Below, in pieces: positions 32,701-45,695 of a stretch of DNA of 64,000 bases (positions are counted from its first letter, which is position 1; the number at the start of each line of letters is the position of its first letter). Origin of the DNA: Curvularia clavata (Eukaryota); contig CP089275.1 in the NCBI GenBank assembly GCA_023920165.1, positions 4,774,001 to 4,838,000 on the forward strand, written 5' to 3'. The notes below the pieces were generated by a model. The model saw only the letters and a list, made by a program, of their open reading frames with translations. It was not told the origin of the DNA and did no database searches. The translations under genes and the position numbers were made by a program.

Positions 32701-35570
32701 CATGGATAGCGAGACCTTCACCTCCAGGTGACGGTAATGGTTGCAACGTCAGGAGACCTGTTTAGACGAAATAGAGTTTCGCTATTGGTGTTGATGGACA
32801 CACCGCGTTGTAGACTGTCTTTTCATCGGAAGCCGGTGAAGTACAAGAAACGATTGAACGGCATAGCTTTTCCGGAAGAAGACGAGGCTCATCCGGATTA
32901 CCCGACATTAAGAAAAAGTATTAGCGAATAAAGAATTGGCATATTAGAGGATTCATTTCATCCGGCCCGTACGTGAGAGGCCACTGATTTGCGGCGACGA
33001 CAGTCCCTGAAAACGGCTAGATGAGGGTAGCTTACGGCGTACGTAAGACGGGTCGTGCAATGCCAGCCTTATCGTATCAGCACTGTGCCTATGCCAATGT
33101 ACTGCTGGTAGCAATTGGCTCGGCACTTTCGGACCAAAAGTGCAGATGGAAGCTGGAACAGAGCTTGAGGTTACAAAGTAACTTTCATGGTCATGCACGA
33201 CGAATACGCAACATGTGCCGTGCGCACACAAAGGTAAACAGCAGACTTGCCGTCAAATTGAGCCGTGAACGTTATGCCAATGCTATGATCGTAAGACAAT
33301 CTCGGCACGACTTGGCCATTTCAACAGCCGGTTTCCCTGGTTATGTAAGCTCGAGAATCGAGCCCCCACTAACAGCCGTGCCTTGGCCATACTAGTAAAC
33401 GCGAGCGAGCTCAAGCCGTTTGAGAGGGGACTCAAGAAGCGAAGTTCCGGGGCGCATGGTATGACGCGTAAAGAGGTGATAAGCGTCTTGAACTTCAATC
33501 TTGTCAGAGGACGATGCGTTAGGGGCAAGTGCCGAGACGCTAGACTCGATCTGCTTCTGAACCATCAACAGCAGCTCATCCAATCTGCGGCATCTTGACA
33601 CCTCGACTCTGCATCATCTTCAAACCTCCCACAGCTTTCCATCGTATTCCGTGGTTCTATTGTAATCCAAACCAGCATACAGAGTTTTAGCACTTTCGCC
33701 GATTGCAGTACACATGCAACTTCCCCTCGACATACACTGGCTCTTTGCTCTTCCTTCCGAGACAGCCACACATGGTATTCTAGAATCATCGACGACAATG
33801 AGATTTCTCAACTGCTCAATGAATCATCCTCGGTACTTTTTGGCCCGCTGCGATCTTGTGCGACCCGTCCGACATCATTCACGACTGTAAATCGGCGGTT
33901 AATAGTCCGTGCACGTAAGCCTGGCAGGGTTGAGAGCTATTAGGGCCTTTTACATGCAGGCCAGCCTTATGAGCATTGCCGTAATAGCCCCATCATACCG
34001 GTACATTCCGTGTCGACCAGAAACAGCAAAACACGTCTTTTGCGCAGTGCCTGCATCGTGACGTGATCTTATACATCCAACTTGACTTTCTCGCCACTAG
34101 GTAGCATGGGAACAAAGTCATCAGTCCATTGGAACGCTGGATACGATGCGCAAGAAATCACATAACGACAACGGTCCAGGCTGTAGCTCCAATTTGTTGC
34201 CGCCGGATCATCGTAGTTATCCTGCTGTTGGGTTCGCTGCACGCTCAACTAACTCATCAGAGTACTAGTTTGCTAAGCAGATGCGAGGAAAGTTTGTATC
34301 AACTCGAATTGACTGTTGTCAGCTCTCGTTGACACATGAGAACATGCAGACAGCATATCTACAATCAATCTCCTATCCAATCCTGAGTGACATCGTATCT
34401 GCTTTGTGTGCTATTGAACATACGATGCGCTGTCATCTGTAGAGCACGTACGTCTAGTTGTAAAGTACCACAAGTACGTACTCTCAAAGAGTGTCTCATC
34501 CCCACCTCCACCACCGGGAAATCCGGTTGCGGTCGGGCCGCTTAGCTACCCCTGTGGAAGCGAAAGCGCTACTACCAATCTGGCCAGCAGCATTCATCAT
34601 TTCTTTTGGGCTGTGTAAGCTGTTACCACTGGCGATCCCCTCAACAGAAACTCGATGGCCCTGGAGGGTCACCAACAGACGTTTTCTATTGCTTCGACGA
34701 CATACCGTATATTCCTCTAGCAAGATCTCATCATGACAACAGCAAGATACCAGTTCCAAATCCATGCCAGCTGTCGCTGGTCTGTTGCCACTAGCGGTTG
34801 ACAAGATTCCGGTATCTCTATGATTTCCCCCGCTTCCTCTCAACGGTGTGGCTTAGAGCTGAAGATCTGCATCTGGAGAGGGATGTGCCGCCCCCGGCAG
34901 ATTGTGCATAACACACGTCCGCATCACCATTCCTACGCAAGCCATGCTTGGATCGCAATACCAGCCCTCTCTTCTCTAGCCTTTATCCTCAGCGCGGCTC
35001 GGTCCGGTTTCTTGCATGTGGCCCAGTACGTTCTTCTTCGCCTCAGGCCGTACTGCTAGGCACATTACTCTAGAACGATCTCTCCAAAAAGAAAATATGG
35101 AATGCGCAGCCTTAGGTGGATCTCGTCGACTCTTCGTAAGACCTTTTGCAAGGATAGACAGCAGACAAAGGCATCTCACTTGGGGTCAGAAATAAAGTTT
35201 ATATCCCAGCACTAGTGGGACAAGGCCGGCAAGGGTATAAAGTTTCCGCACCAACACCCGCCAACCATTCCGCTATGGGCCTTTAACGCGCCGAACGGGT
35301 AATATATCGTGTCAGCTTCGGCGTCTTAGTGGGTTGAGGGGTTCAGGGCCCTGTTGTTGGACCGCCCATCCCCCGCCCATTCCCCTGCATTACGGTGGTA
35401 CATGTGATTTCCCTATCGTTTTCGTCGATTCAAGAGGCTTCCATGCGACAAGCTCAGCGATGACACAGGTGCTAGCGCGACGCTTGGGTAGCTCCGCTGA
35501 CTAGGGCCTAGGGCTGAGGGCAGCTCAAACTACTTGAACTATCTTGCGCCTCGCTCCTTGCCGCTGCAAG

Positions 35571-37579
35571 ATGTTCTTCCGGTCCCACACCTTCGACAAG
35601 ATGGAAGAGGCGCGGACATCAACGAGCCGCTCGCAAGAGTTTGAGAAACAAGATGGTAATGTCGTTGAGATGGGGTCAATGGCGGCGACGCCCCTAAACG
35701 AACAAGACAATCAGAAGCTGGCGCAGGTCGGCAGCAACGGTCCAGTTGTCCATGAAAAGGTCAGTTCGCGGTGAGCTGGTTACCGAAGTATGCCTAACAA
35801 GACTTTCAGATGAACTTCCGGCTGTTCATGACTCTGGTGTGCATGTCGTTCCTTTGGATTAGTTGCCAAATGCCGCTGTTCCTCTTTGGCTCCATCCTCA
35901 CGCTCATTTACAAAGACATTGGAGGAGTTGATCGATATTCGTGGTTCATGATCGCATACCTCATTGCCAATGCCGCCCTATGCCCTTTTGTTGGTGCATT
36001 GTCAGACCTCTTTGGAAAGCAAAAGGTTGCCATTATGGGGCAAGCGTCGCTCGTAATTGGTGCAATCGTTGTGTCGACTGCCTCAAACATGAATGTCGCT
36101 ATTGGTGAGTCGCGCAATCATATGCTCAATGAGTTACTCTGACAAATTCCAGGTGGTCAGGTCTTCTCGGGCATGGGTGCTGGTATCAATGAGCTCATCG
36201 CACTCTCTGGCACAGCCGAAGTCGTTCCCGTAAAGGATCGCGGCAAGTACGTTGCTGCCGTCATATTCACCCTTATTCCGTTCTGCCCAGCAGTCTTGTA
36301 TGCTCAATACATCGCCTCTGATGGGGGTTCCTGGCGCTACAACGGTATTCTCCTGGGTGTATGGAACTTCATCGGTCTATTGCTCTGCATCTTCTTTTAC
36401 AGGAGCCCGTCTCGCCTTTCAGAGGATTACACTGCCCGCGATGTCCTTCGAAAGATCGATTTCATTGGTGGTGCTTTGAGCATTAGCGGTGTTACCCTCT
36501 TCATGATGGGTTTGCAATGGGGCGCAGTACAGGTCAGTGCAAGAGGCTTTCATGGCATATACGATTAATTCTAACAGTTCATAGTACAATTGGGGCAGCG
36601 TACACAACCTCGTGCCTCTTCTCATTGGACTTGCTCTCTTAGCCGCCTTCGTTGTGTGGGAACTACGCGCGCCATACCCCATGGTCCCACGAGCAATGTT
36701 CTCGAAAGCCAGGACAACCATGATTGTCATTCTCCTTCTTATTTTCATTAGTGGTGGCACATTCTTCGCTTTGATCCTGCTATATCCATCACAAGTCTTC
36801 AATGTGTGGGGTAAGTACCGATGCCGCAGCGTGCAGTCTATATCTCTAGCTAACAGTAAAATACAGGTGATGATCCAGTCAAAGTCGGTCTCCGCTCCCT
36901 ACCCATTGGATTCGGCATCATGGGTGGAGCTGTCATCGGTCTGGTCCTCATTCCCATATCCAAGGGACGCATGCGCGAGATCATGATCTTCTTCACAGCC
37001 CTTATGACCGCCGCCACGGGTGCGCTCTCAATCGCTGCGCCGGACAATCTCCCGACCGCCCTCGTTCTCGTTTCGCTAGGTTGCACTGCCGTCGGTGCCG
37101 TCGTTATCCCTTCTACTATCATCGCCCAAATCGCGTGTCCCGACGATCTCATCGCGACCGTTACCGCCCTCACGCTTAGCGTCCGTTTCATCGGAGGCGC
37201 CATCGGCTTCTCCATCTACATTGCCGTATTTAGCAAGCAGGCAACAAAGTATCTCACTGAGATGGCTACAAACACAATTGCAATGAACGCCATTGTCAAC
37301 CCCCTCATTCCTGCTGGCCGTGCAGCCATTGAGGAAATTGTTAGGGCAATTGCAAATGCCAGATTCGACATTGTCAAAGAGGTTCTGGCAAACGATTCAT
37401 CGGTACTCCAAAGGGACGCGTTCCCCACCATCCTTGCAGCTTCACAAGAGGCGTTTGCGAAAGCGTACAGGTTGCCATACTACATTTCCATTGCGTTCGG
37501 CGGTGCGTGCTTCATTCTGAGTTTCTTTATTGGCGATCTCCGAGAGTATTTGACATCGGATATCTTAGTCCATGTTTAG
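35571..37579 (+). CDS. MFS transporter of the fungal Tri12/drug-efflux type, multi-exon (start 35571 or 35601)
   Basis: MSFLWISCQMPLFLFGS, CPFVGALSDLFGKQ, GAGINELIALSGTAEVVPVKDRGKY, SWRYNG, PYPMVP, CPDDLIATVTALTLSVRFIGGAIG; four GT-AG introns. Confidence 0.9.
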
Positions 37580-38446
37580 AAAATGAATTTGGACTGTCAA
37601 ACTTTCGATGCTAGAGCTGTCTTTCTTTTCTCGCTCTTTCTCTTCTCAAACAGCGCTGAAATATTATTCATTATTTGTAGTAAACAGGAGACGTACAGAG
37701 AAGAAAGGCTACGGCCATTTTCTTGCTACCGTTCGTTGTTCAGGCTGTGAGATCGATATATCCACAGGTAATTACACATTAGATAAAACTGTCAGCCTCT
37801 CGAATCATATCCCTGATTTCGTGTCTCAAGACTAAAAGAAACTCAAACTCATGCAGCCATCGCCTTCGAGTCCGCATATATTATACATTTCCAGAGTAAA
37901 AGTCAATGATATCCTAGTTGAACAGATGGGGGTATAAAACGCCATGCAAAATGCAGAATTCCAAATCGCTCCAAAGAAACATGAAAAATACTCCAACTCC
38001 AACGCCGCGTAACTGTAAGACGAACGACTCCAACGGCCCTTCCAGAATCGCTCTCGCAACCAGAGCATTAGTTCAGGGTAACCTGGTAATGTAAAGGAAG
38101 TCCCTGAAACAGCGAACTAGTAAGGGACACGATTTGGATTTGGTAACGATAGTGTTGATTCGCTTGTTCGAGATGAATGTATAGGTCGTGGTTGGGATGT
38201 GGTGATGGTTTCGGTGCGTTTTTTTTTAAAGTTGTACACATGTTGCTGATATCTTGCCAGTTTGTGGCTTCGACGGTGGAAGAAGGGCGTTTGTCGTCGT
38301 CCAGGTGCAGCGGGACTGGGGCTGCGAAACCTACGTAGTTCACGGCCTCCGAAAGCCCCTTGTTGTTGCTATCGCTGCTATTACCATCGATCTCGGTGCT
38401 TTTCCGAATTGTTTCTTCTGTCGCTACTGGGCCAGCGTCTTCTTCA

Positions 38447-39739
38447 TCAGCTCGCGTTTTCTTCTTCAGAGCAAGCGCTTGCTTTGCTGGACTCTTCGGC
38501 AACACCTAGCTCATCGAGCGCATCCATCGAGTCGACCCTGACTGCTCCTTTAGGCCGAGCGGAAGCTTTGGTATTCTCCTTCTGCCACTCGCCCCCATCG
38601 GTGAAGAGGTCCGGAACAGGCGAAACAGGTGGAGAAGAAGAGACGTATCCTTCATCGTGATTCTCAATATCGTAGTCTCCGCAGAAGACGACATCGTTGA
38701 AGTCAAGCTCCTCGTTGTAGATGAACGCTTCTGGCTCGAGCGGATGAACAAAAGAGAACTCATTTGAATCTTCATCGCACTCGACTCCAAGCGGCTCAAA
38801 TATCTCCTCTTCATCGATGTCGCTTCTCTCCCATGTGTCGATTGAACTTGCATCTTCTTCGTGGTTGTCTTCAAAACTGTCTTCACTGTCTTTATCTTGC
38901 TGCGCTTTCCACATCCCTATTAACTCTTTCAACTCGTCTTGAGAAAAGTGATCGAGAGCAGGAAGTCTCTGCAGCTTGACCTGCTCGTTTGCATCCTTCG
39001 GGTTTTCGTCGAAAGCCACAGTAAATTCGACCTGCGGCATCTCAATTTCTGTTTCTTCTTCCTCATAGCCCAGTATGTCTTCCAGTGTCTCTTGTTCATA
39101 CTCGTCCGCGCAGTATTCGCCATGCTGGCTTTTCTCGTCCATCAAATGTGCGTCGTCGATACTCGTCACCAAAACCAGCGGAGAATGCTGATATACTTCT
39201 CCTTGGCGTCTCCCATTCGCATACTTGATATTTTGGAACGCTTTCGCATATCGATACCGGTGACCGTTGTAAGGGCTTAATTCCGGATACGCCGGCGCAT
39301 CTGCTTCCTCCTTGCCCTCAAAGTATAGGCCAATAGCGTGAGTAAGGTACTCGTGACGTGCGATAGCAACCTGCTCTTCTACAATCATGTCGACCAGGTT
39401 GGTGTATGTGGGTTCGGGGGACGCTTCCTCGTCTTCTGTCTCGGATGTGCATTCACATTCTGAGACGATGATCGGCCATTGGTTCTCAGCCATGTCTTGC
39501 ATATCTGAATCAGGGGTCTCCCAGTGCTTGTCTGCGTAAATGTGGCATTCCAAGCTGTCGACAATCACGTTCTCAGTTTTCTCTTCGCACGCCGGCAGTT
39601 GGAGCGGACCAAGATCATGTGCGCTCGGTGAAGACGTATCGACAGTGGCTTTCCAAGTGTCGAGGTCAAAATCGTCATCTTCATCTTCGTCCCAGCTCCA
39701 TCTCCTATTGTGTCCGGCAGCCGCTATAATAGAAGCCAT
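38447..39739 (-). CDS. Very acidic (Asp/Glu-rich) hypothetical protein, 430 aa; may continue via a frameshift to about 38068
   Basis: Long ATG-initiated ORF with strong GAA/GAG/GAY bias. An overlapping frame at 38068-38505 continues with similar composition. Confidence 0.65.
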   Translation of the reverse strand: MASIIAAAGHNRRWSWDEDEDDDFDLDTWKATVDTSSPSAHDLGPLQLPACEEKTENVIVDSLECHIYADKHWETPDSDMQDMAENQWPIIVSECECTSETEDEEASPEPTYTNLVDMIVEEQVAIARHEYLTHAIGLYFEGKEEADAPAYPELSPYNGHRYRYAKAFQNIKYANGRRQGEVYQHSPLVLVTSIDDAHLMDEKSQHGEYCADEYEQETLEDILGYEEEETEIEMPQVEFTVAFDENPKDANEQVKLQRLPALDHFSQDELKELIGMWKAQQDKDSEDSFEDNHEEDASSIDTWERSDIDEEEIFEPLGVECDEDSNEFSFVHPLEPEAFIYNEELDFNDVVFCGDYDIENHDEGYVSSSPPVSPVPDLFTDGGEWQKENTKASARPKGAVRVDSMDALDELGVAEESSKASACSEEENAS

Positions 39740-41281
39740 ATTGATTTGCGGAAATTTCGCGTATTTTATTAGTGTCTGTGTGCGTATAAGTGAAGGTTGA
39801 GTGGTTGAAGCGCAGTCGACAAAAGTTGAAGAAAGAAGCCAGAAAGCTCTCGCGCCAGAAGAAAAACGAAAGGAAGAAGCGGTCTAAACCCGCATTCATG
39901 ATCCCTTATCATGAGCGCACGTGTGTGTGCGACAGTGAGGAGGAAACCCATGGTTCCAAAAGGTCTTGGCGCCCGAGCTATTGGGCTTCAACCAACTATG
40001 GTACGTGCGCACATAGTTTCCTTGACGGGAAACGAAAATGAGCCTTGGGCGCGCGTGCAAACCGTTTGAACAGAAACCTGTCGCGTTAGCCAAGGTCGCA
40101 AATAAAAGCACTGTGTCGTGACGCAACAGCCACCACTCAGCTTTGCGCCAGAGCAAACAGCGATTCGCCTGCAAATGAGATATGTTACAGGCTTGTCTCA
40201 CCGCGCTGTTGGCATGCCGTGATCAAAGATGATGTAAGATTAACATTTGGCGAACAGCTCCTGTGAGTGCCGGTTGGTGTTGAGGATACGCGGGTACGTG
40301 CAGACTTCAGGACGTAGTAGACAAACTGCACAACCCGAATAGGAAAAAGGCTAAAATTCCTCAAGCAAATCATGTCTGTGATGTGCGATAAAGTCCCCGT
40401 TCGCGAACCGTATTGGACGAATCACGATGATCGGTTGTCTTTGGCAACGAACATCGTGCGTTGGCCTGTGACGTCCGAGCACGATGCCGAGCAACTGTCG
40501 CTATCTACGCTTCCAGCTCATAGATCGACGAGGCTGCCCATGCATGCAGAAGTGACTACAATAAGGAACCTTGGTCCGGAACGCAGACACGCATCCCCAT
40601 GTGGCGATGGACCGTTGAAGATACTTGTAGATACCGATGGATCAAGGCGGCTGGCCAGGAGCTGCAGACTGGCTCTGTGGAGTGCCCCGTGACTGTATAA
40701 CAAACTCGACATGCCGCTTGTTATGCTAGATGGGATGAATATGAGATACAGCGCTCATGCTGACGATGTACGTTTTCGTGGTGTTTCGGACCTCAATCAG
40801 AGCAAAGCGCTTGGTTCTGCTGCACCGTTACGTCGTCGTACCACAAACCAACTGGCAACCTTCAGAACTTAAAGGACGACAGACCGCCTTGCTATACTAG
40901 GTGTTCAACTGCTCCAGCTGCTTCTTTACATCATTTCGCAGAATTTCTTCTTCTTCTGATGAGGGAATCAACCCTTCGGGAGATCTCTTCTTATATGGCT
41001 CTAATGTCGTCATCGCGGGTAGCGCCGCATTGAAGATCCGATCCGACGCTGATCTTTCACGATGGTATCCACATCGCCAGTAATAATGAGGTTGTTGTCA
41101 GTGAAGAGGACAGAGCCGCACTGCTTACAAACCGTCGAATTGTACTGAAAATGACAAGCAGTTAGCATGCTGTGAATAGACTTGATGAAAGTGAGCTCTC
41201 CCTATAATAAGTAAATCTATTCTAGGATATTCACGTATGAGATGCAGTGGTCGATCTCTATGTACAAAGCGTTGATCGAAC

Positions 41282-42325
41282 TCATTGACCAGCAGTTTTC
41301 CGGTGCATGACAGTAGCCGCAGCCTACCCACCGTCAGTGACTTCTCGCATCTCGCATATATCTGGCTTACCTGGTGATTGGGGAAGATCAAGCTGTCAGC
41401 GAGTACCACATTCTCCCTCCTGCCGGCAGCAAACACCACGACCTCAGCGATGTCATCAGGCGTTAACGGCTCGACTCCTTCGTAAACCTTCTTTGCCTTC
41501 TCTTTGTCTCCGCCGAACCTGACAACACTGAATTCCGTTTCAACCTGACCTGGGTCAATTTCAATGACTCGAATTCTCGTTGCTATCAGCTCCTTGCGCA
41601 GAGCGTCTGTGAAGCTGCGGACTGCAGCTTTGGTTGCACAGTAGATGGATCCACCCTGGTAAGGTTCGCGACCTGCAATGGAACCAATGTTTATGATGTC
41701 GCCTGAAGGGGTGGATCGCGCCTTGAAAATAGGAAGGATGGCTTGCGTCATGTTGATCAGGCCAGTGACGTTTGTGCTGAACATGATGTCGATGTCGGCT
41801 GGAGAGATGTCGGGAGCCTGAGCCACGCCCTTTACAAGCCCGCTGCGTTCACGTTAGTTGAGTGTGCCAGTCCGATAATGACGAAGTGACTCACGCATTG
41901 TTGACCAGGATATCGATGTCTTTGAATTCTTGTGGAAGGTTTCCAACAAAGTTGCTGACTTCCTCAGGCTTGCTAACATCCATCTTGACTGGCAGTACCT
42001 TGACGCCTTTTGCGAAACTACCAATCTCTTGCGCAAGCTCTTTGAGCGAGTCTTCTCTCCGTGCCGTCAAGATAAGCTTCAAGTCATCGGGCTGTGTCCG
42101 CGCGAATTCGACGGCTGTTGATTTACCAATGCCAGAAGATGCACCAGTGATGACAATAGTCTTGCCCTTTAGGCGCTCAGCCATCTTTGTCGACATTGTG
42201 GCAGCGTGTTGCTGGAGGTAGCTCGATAACTGTACACTACAAGGTGCAATGCGGGGTCGTAATGAGGCCCGGGTAAAGACAGCGGCGGTGCGGAAGAAGA
42301 GCTGCGATGACGGCAAGATAGGCAT
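41282..42325 (-). CDS. Short-chain dehydrogenase/reductase, NADP-dependent 3-hydroxyacid dehydrogenase type (YMR226C/YdfG-like); introns 41843-41894 and 41324-41370; alternative start 42196
   Basis: ITGASSGIG, LILTARR, ILVNNA|G, NIGSIAG, catalytic YCATK, DPGQVETEFS; last exon AAATVMHRKTAGQ*. Confidence 0.92.
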
Positions 42326-42722
42326 GTAAGTCGCAATGCTTTGTAATACAGCAATTGGTGCGTGAAAGAGCGTGGAGCCTACGACCGGGGACTGGCGACG
42401 CGGTCGGAGGTGATGAGTATGGCAATCGGCGACAATCCCGAGGCTGCGCGAGTCAGGGACAGCATATGAGGGGCAGCTTGATGTTCAATGTGGGGGGAAC
42501 CTCGCATGCATAGAAAAGATAGCTTGAGCCGCATCACACCATGCCATCACACAGATAAGAATTGGTGGTAATACATTTTCATTCATGTCTCAGCCATATT
42601 CCAGGCTTTCGTGGAGACGTTTTATCGTCAATCCGTGTCATGTCATTATATGCATATCCTCCAACTCCAAGCATGCGCGTGAATAAGTGCGGGTATCAAA
42701 ATCGTGCTTCGCAGCTACGACT

Positions 42723-43191
42723 TTAGGCAGCGCCCTTCTTCTTGAGCATAGCCTCGTCCTCTTCCCTCAGCTCTTGGTCGATCTTGGCTCCCTTTGAAGG
42801 CTCGTTGCCGTGTGCGCGTGCGGGCAGGGTAGCGTCCTTCTCCCTCTGCTTGTCCTCAAGGGACTTATCCTCACCCTCCTTCTCGCGCTTCTCCTCGCGC
42901 TCGAGCTTGTTGGCGATTGATCGCTCGTCCTCTGTTATGCATTGTTAGCATTCGTCGGCAAGATGATTATGTTTGGTTCTGGCCGAAACCTTGCGCAGGT
43001 CGACGGCACATGCACCAAAGCAAGAGAAAGCAGAGCAAAGACATACTGGAGTCTAGAGCCTTGTGGGAGTTCTCCTTGCCCTCGTGGAATCGGTTCTCCT
43101 TCTTCTCCTGCTCGATCTGGGAGTCGGGCTTGTTGACCTGGTCGCCAGCCTCGTAGACGGCGCGGTTACCAACGCTTGAGTTTCCAGACAT
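42723..43191 (-). CDS. Small highly hydrophilic fungal protein, 2 exons
   Basis: MSGNSSVGNRAVYEAGDQ...RFHEGKENSHKALDS|KDERSIANKLEREEKR...DATLPARAHGNEPSKGAKIDQELREEDEAMLKKKGAA*; intron at about 42932-43046. Confidence 0.8.
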
Positions 43192-43713
43192 GTTGACTGT
43201 GGGATTTGTGAAGTGTAGGAAAGAAGAGAGGATGGAAGATTGATCCTAAAGTAGAAGATTGGAATTGGATGTGTATGATACTGCTACTGATGTGTTCTTC
43301 CCCCTCCTTATGAAGGGTCTGTTGTGTGCGCAAAGACTAACATAGCGATGACGTAGTGGTGTAGTGATATCATCGGTGGAGACGAAACGCATGTTTTGGG
43401 CACCTAACGCGATGCAAATGATGACATGGACATGGCCGGTGCGGTATCTTCGTTTTGAATTTGCATACAGAATTTCGATCACGGCTCTATCGTGTGCTTT
43501 TTCCGAGCTTGCTGCGATTGCAAAGTCTTGAAGGAGCTTCGCTTTCGTCATCTTACCCACATCGACACGGCTCCGCAAAGTTGTTGACCAACGTCTATGT
43601 CGCCAAGGGCATACTTTTGCAGCATTCAGATGCTGCATGATAGATTATTGCATGCAAGACTTGGGTAGATGATGCTGAGAACACGTTGACTATCTATCCA
43701 AGGCACGCGACAC

Positions 43714-45226
43714 TCAGGCAAAGCTCCTCTTCTCCAACCATCTGCTCACCAGCGCCAATGCCTCTTTCGGCTTGTCGAATGGAACCAGGTGCCCCGCTCC
43801 ATCCACTGTGGTAAAAGCAAAAGTCGTTTCTCTTCCGCTTGCAGTCGTTGTCTTGACCTCCTTGAACCAGCCTACTTCTTGTCCTTCGTTTTTCCAAATC
43901 CTCTTCGACTGTGCAACAAACGCCGGTTGCCCTTTCCATGGCATTGTGTTCGCCCACTGGAGGTTTCCTGCGGTGTTGCATGCAAGATCAAGGTTGCCTT
44001 GGTAGAACAGAACATCGATGCCATGCTCAAGAAGATACAGAACCTGTGGCTGCGTGCTAAGAACACCATCTGCAGTCACCCAAAAGGCCCCCGCAACGGC
44101 CCCTGAAAATACCGAATAATTGCCTACAGCTTTGGGCACATTCAAGGCCTCCCAAACTGATGGCAGATTAAGATACTCCTGTATTCTTGGGATCTCAATA
44201 TAGCAAAGGTCATCTCGCGTCTCGCAGTCGCGTGTAATGTCGTAGCGGTTGCGTCCACCTTTGCCAGATTCGCCATCGTAATAATGAACGACTCCATCGT
44301 CGCACACCTCGTCAGCAGCGAGGCAAATAGCCGGGTCTGGATGTTCGTAACAAACCCTTGTTAGCTCCATACAGCGAGGTAGATTTGCGGCCATGATATC
44401 ACAGCGTGTCTGGTTGAAGACAGGGCTTTCGACACCTGGATTTGTTGTGCAAAGTGTCTCCCAGTATCCAAACGTAGTGTCTTTGGGCGAGACGTATGCA
44501 TTGCCAGTGAAAGTTGATTTAAGGTTGATTTGCGGTCGTTTGGGGTACAGGAGGTTCTGGGATACAATCTGTGCACCTAGTGTAGGGACATAGTGGCCCT
44601 GGAGATGATCAGCTTATGCACGCCGCATGTTGCAATTGACCTACAGCATAGCTTTCCCCGGTTATATGAAATTCTCGTTCAGATAAGTCCGGGAAGATAT
44701 CGCTAGTAAATAATTGCAGGAAATGATGCATGTCTTCCGCTGCAGTGAAACTGGTCGCTGGAAGCGGGATGCCTTGGTCCACATAACTGAAGCCTACGCC
44801 AGCTGGCTGATCAACAAATATGATATTGGCGTTCTTGCTCCACCCGTATTCGTTGTAAACAGTACCGTTGCCGTGCTCATTGATCATGCAAGGGCCTAAC
44901 TCTCCCATCATTCCAAGCATTCCCGATCCACCAGGGCCGCCAGTCAGCCACAGTAGCAGCGGGTCTTCGGATGGCTTGTTCTGTGACTCGAAGTACCAGA
45001 AGAAGATGTGTTTCGAGCCAATGTCTAGCCAGCCGGTGTATTGTTTGGAATGTGCATTGCAAATGGTATCGTCTTGTTGCTCTCTGATGCGAACGGAATG
45101 GTGCTCAGAAAACTGACTTCGGTATACTTGGAAACCTTCAACATCAGGCGTCTCTTGGAAAGGCACCTGTGACAATGAAGTTGCAGGCACAGTGGCTGCG
45201 AGCAAACTAGCAACGGATAGCTTCAT
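43714..45226 (-). CDS. Secreted serine carboxypeptidase (S10, carboxypeptidase Y-like); intron 44599-44644
   Basis: Signal peptide; [27 protein letters not shown]; catalytic Ser GESYA|GHY, Asp GNLDLACN, His GAGHLVP. Confidence 0.93.
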
Positions 45227-45695
45227 GGTCGATATCCACTCTCACCGCCGTACCGTGATGACTAGGAATGGCAATGTTCGGTTCAGCACGGACGAGGAAG
45301 CAACAACACACAACAAAACAGTTCTTTAGGATAGGAAGGGGCTTTTCAAACGTGCAAAAGAGGCTAGTATCCTCGGAGTTATATGAGAAGGGATGGTTGA
45401 TGTTCGAAGCCGGGTGAAGTGCTCCTAGCCATGATGACGGTCCCAGCGCAATGGCCCTCCCACTTCGAACAGGGGTGTGGAGATAGACTCGACACGCACA
45501 TCTCGAAACCACGGTCGCACGCGACTACATCTTCAACATTGCCATTTTGCGCGACTTGACCGCGCCTTTCAATAACCTCGATCCAAATACTAACTCTGCT
45601 TCTTGGAAACGCTGTTAGAGACGCGCATTGATCTATACTAACAAGGACTTGACAATCCGCATCGCATATAACCAGCGCAACGCCCCTCCACCACC

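Noticed and set aside
31700..33850. Protein-like fragments (for example KELLEILDPYVELHNFDK near 32210) and clustered CTTAGG words at about 32455-32490
   Set aside because: I could not assemble a gene or recognise a transposon domain, and the repeats are too short and irregular for a telomeric or CRISPR-like array.
40860..41100. Minus-strand protein-like stretch MTTLEPYKKRSPEGLIPSSEEEILRNDVKKQLEQLNT*
   Set aside because: It is too short, lies just downstream of the SDR stop, and has no supporting motif.
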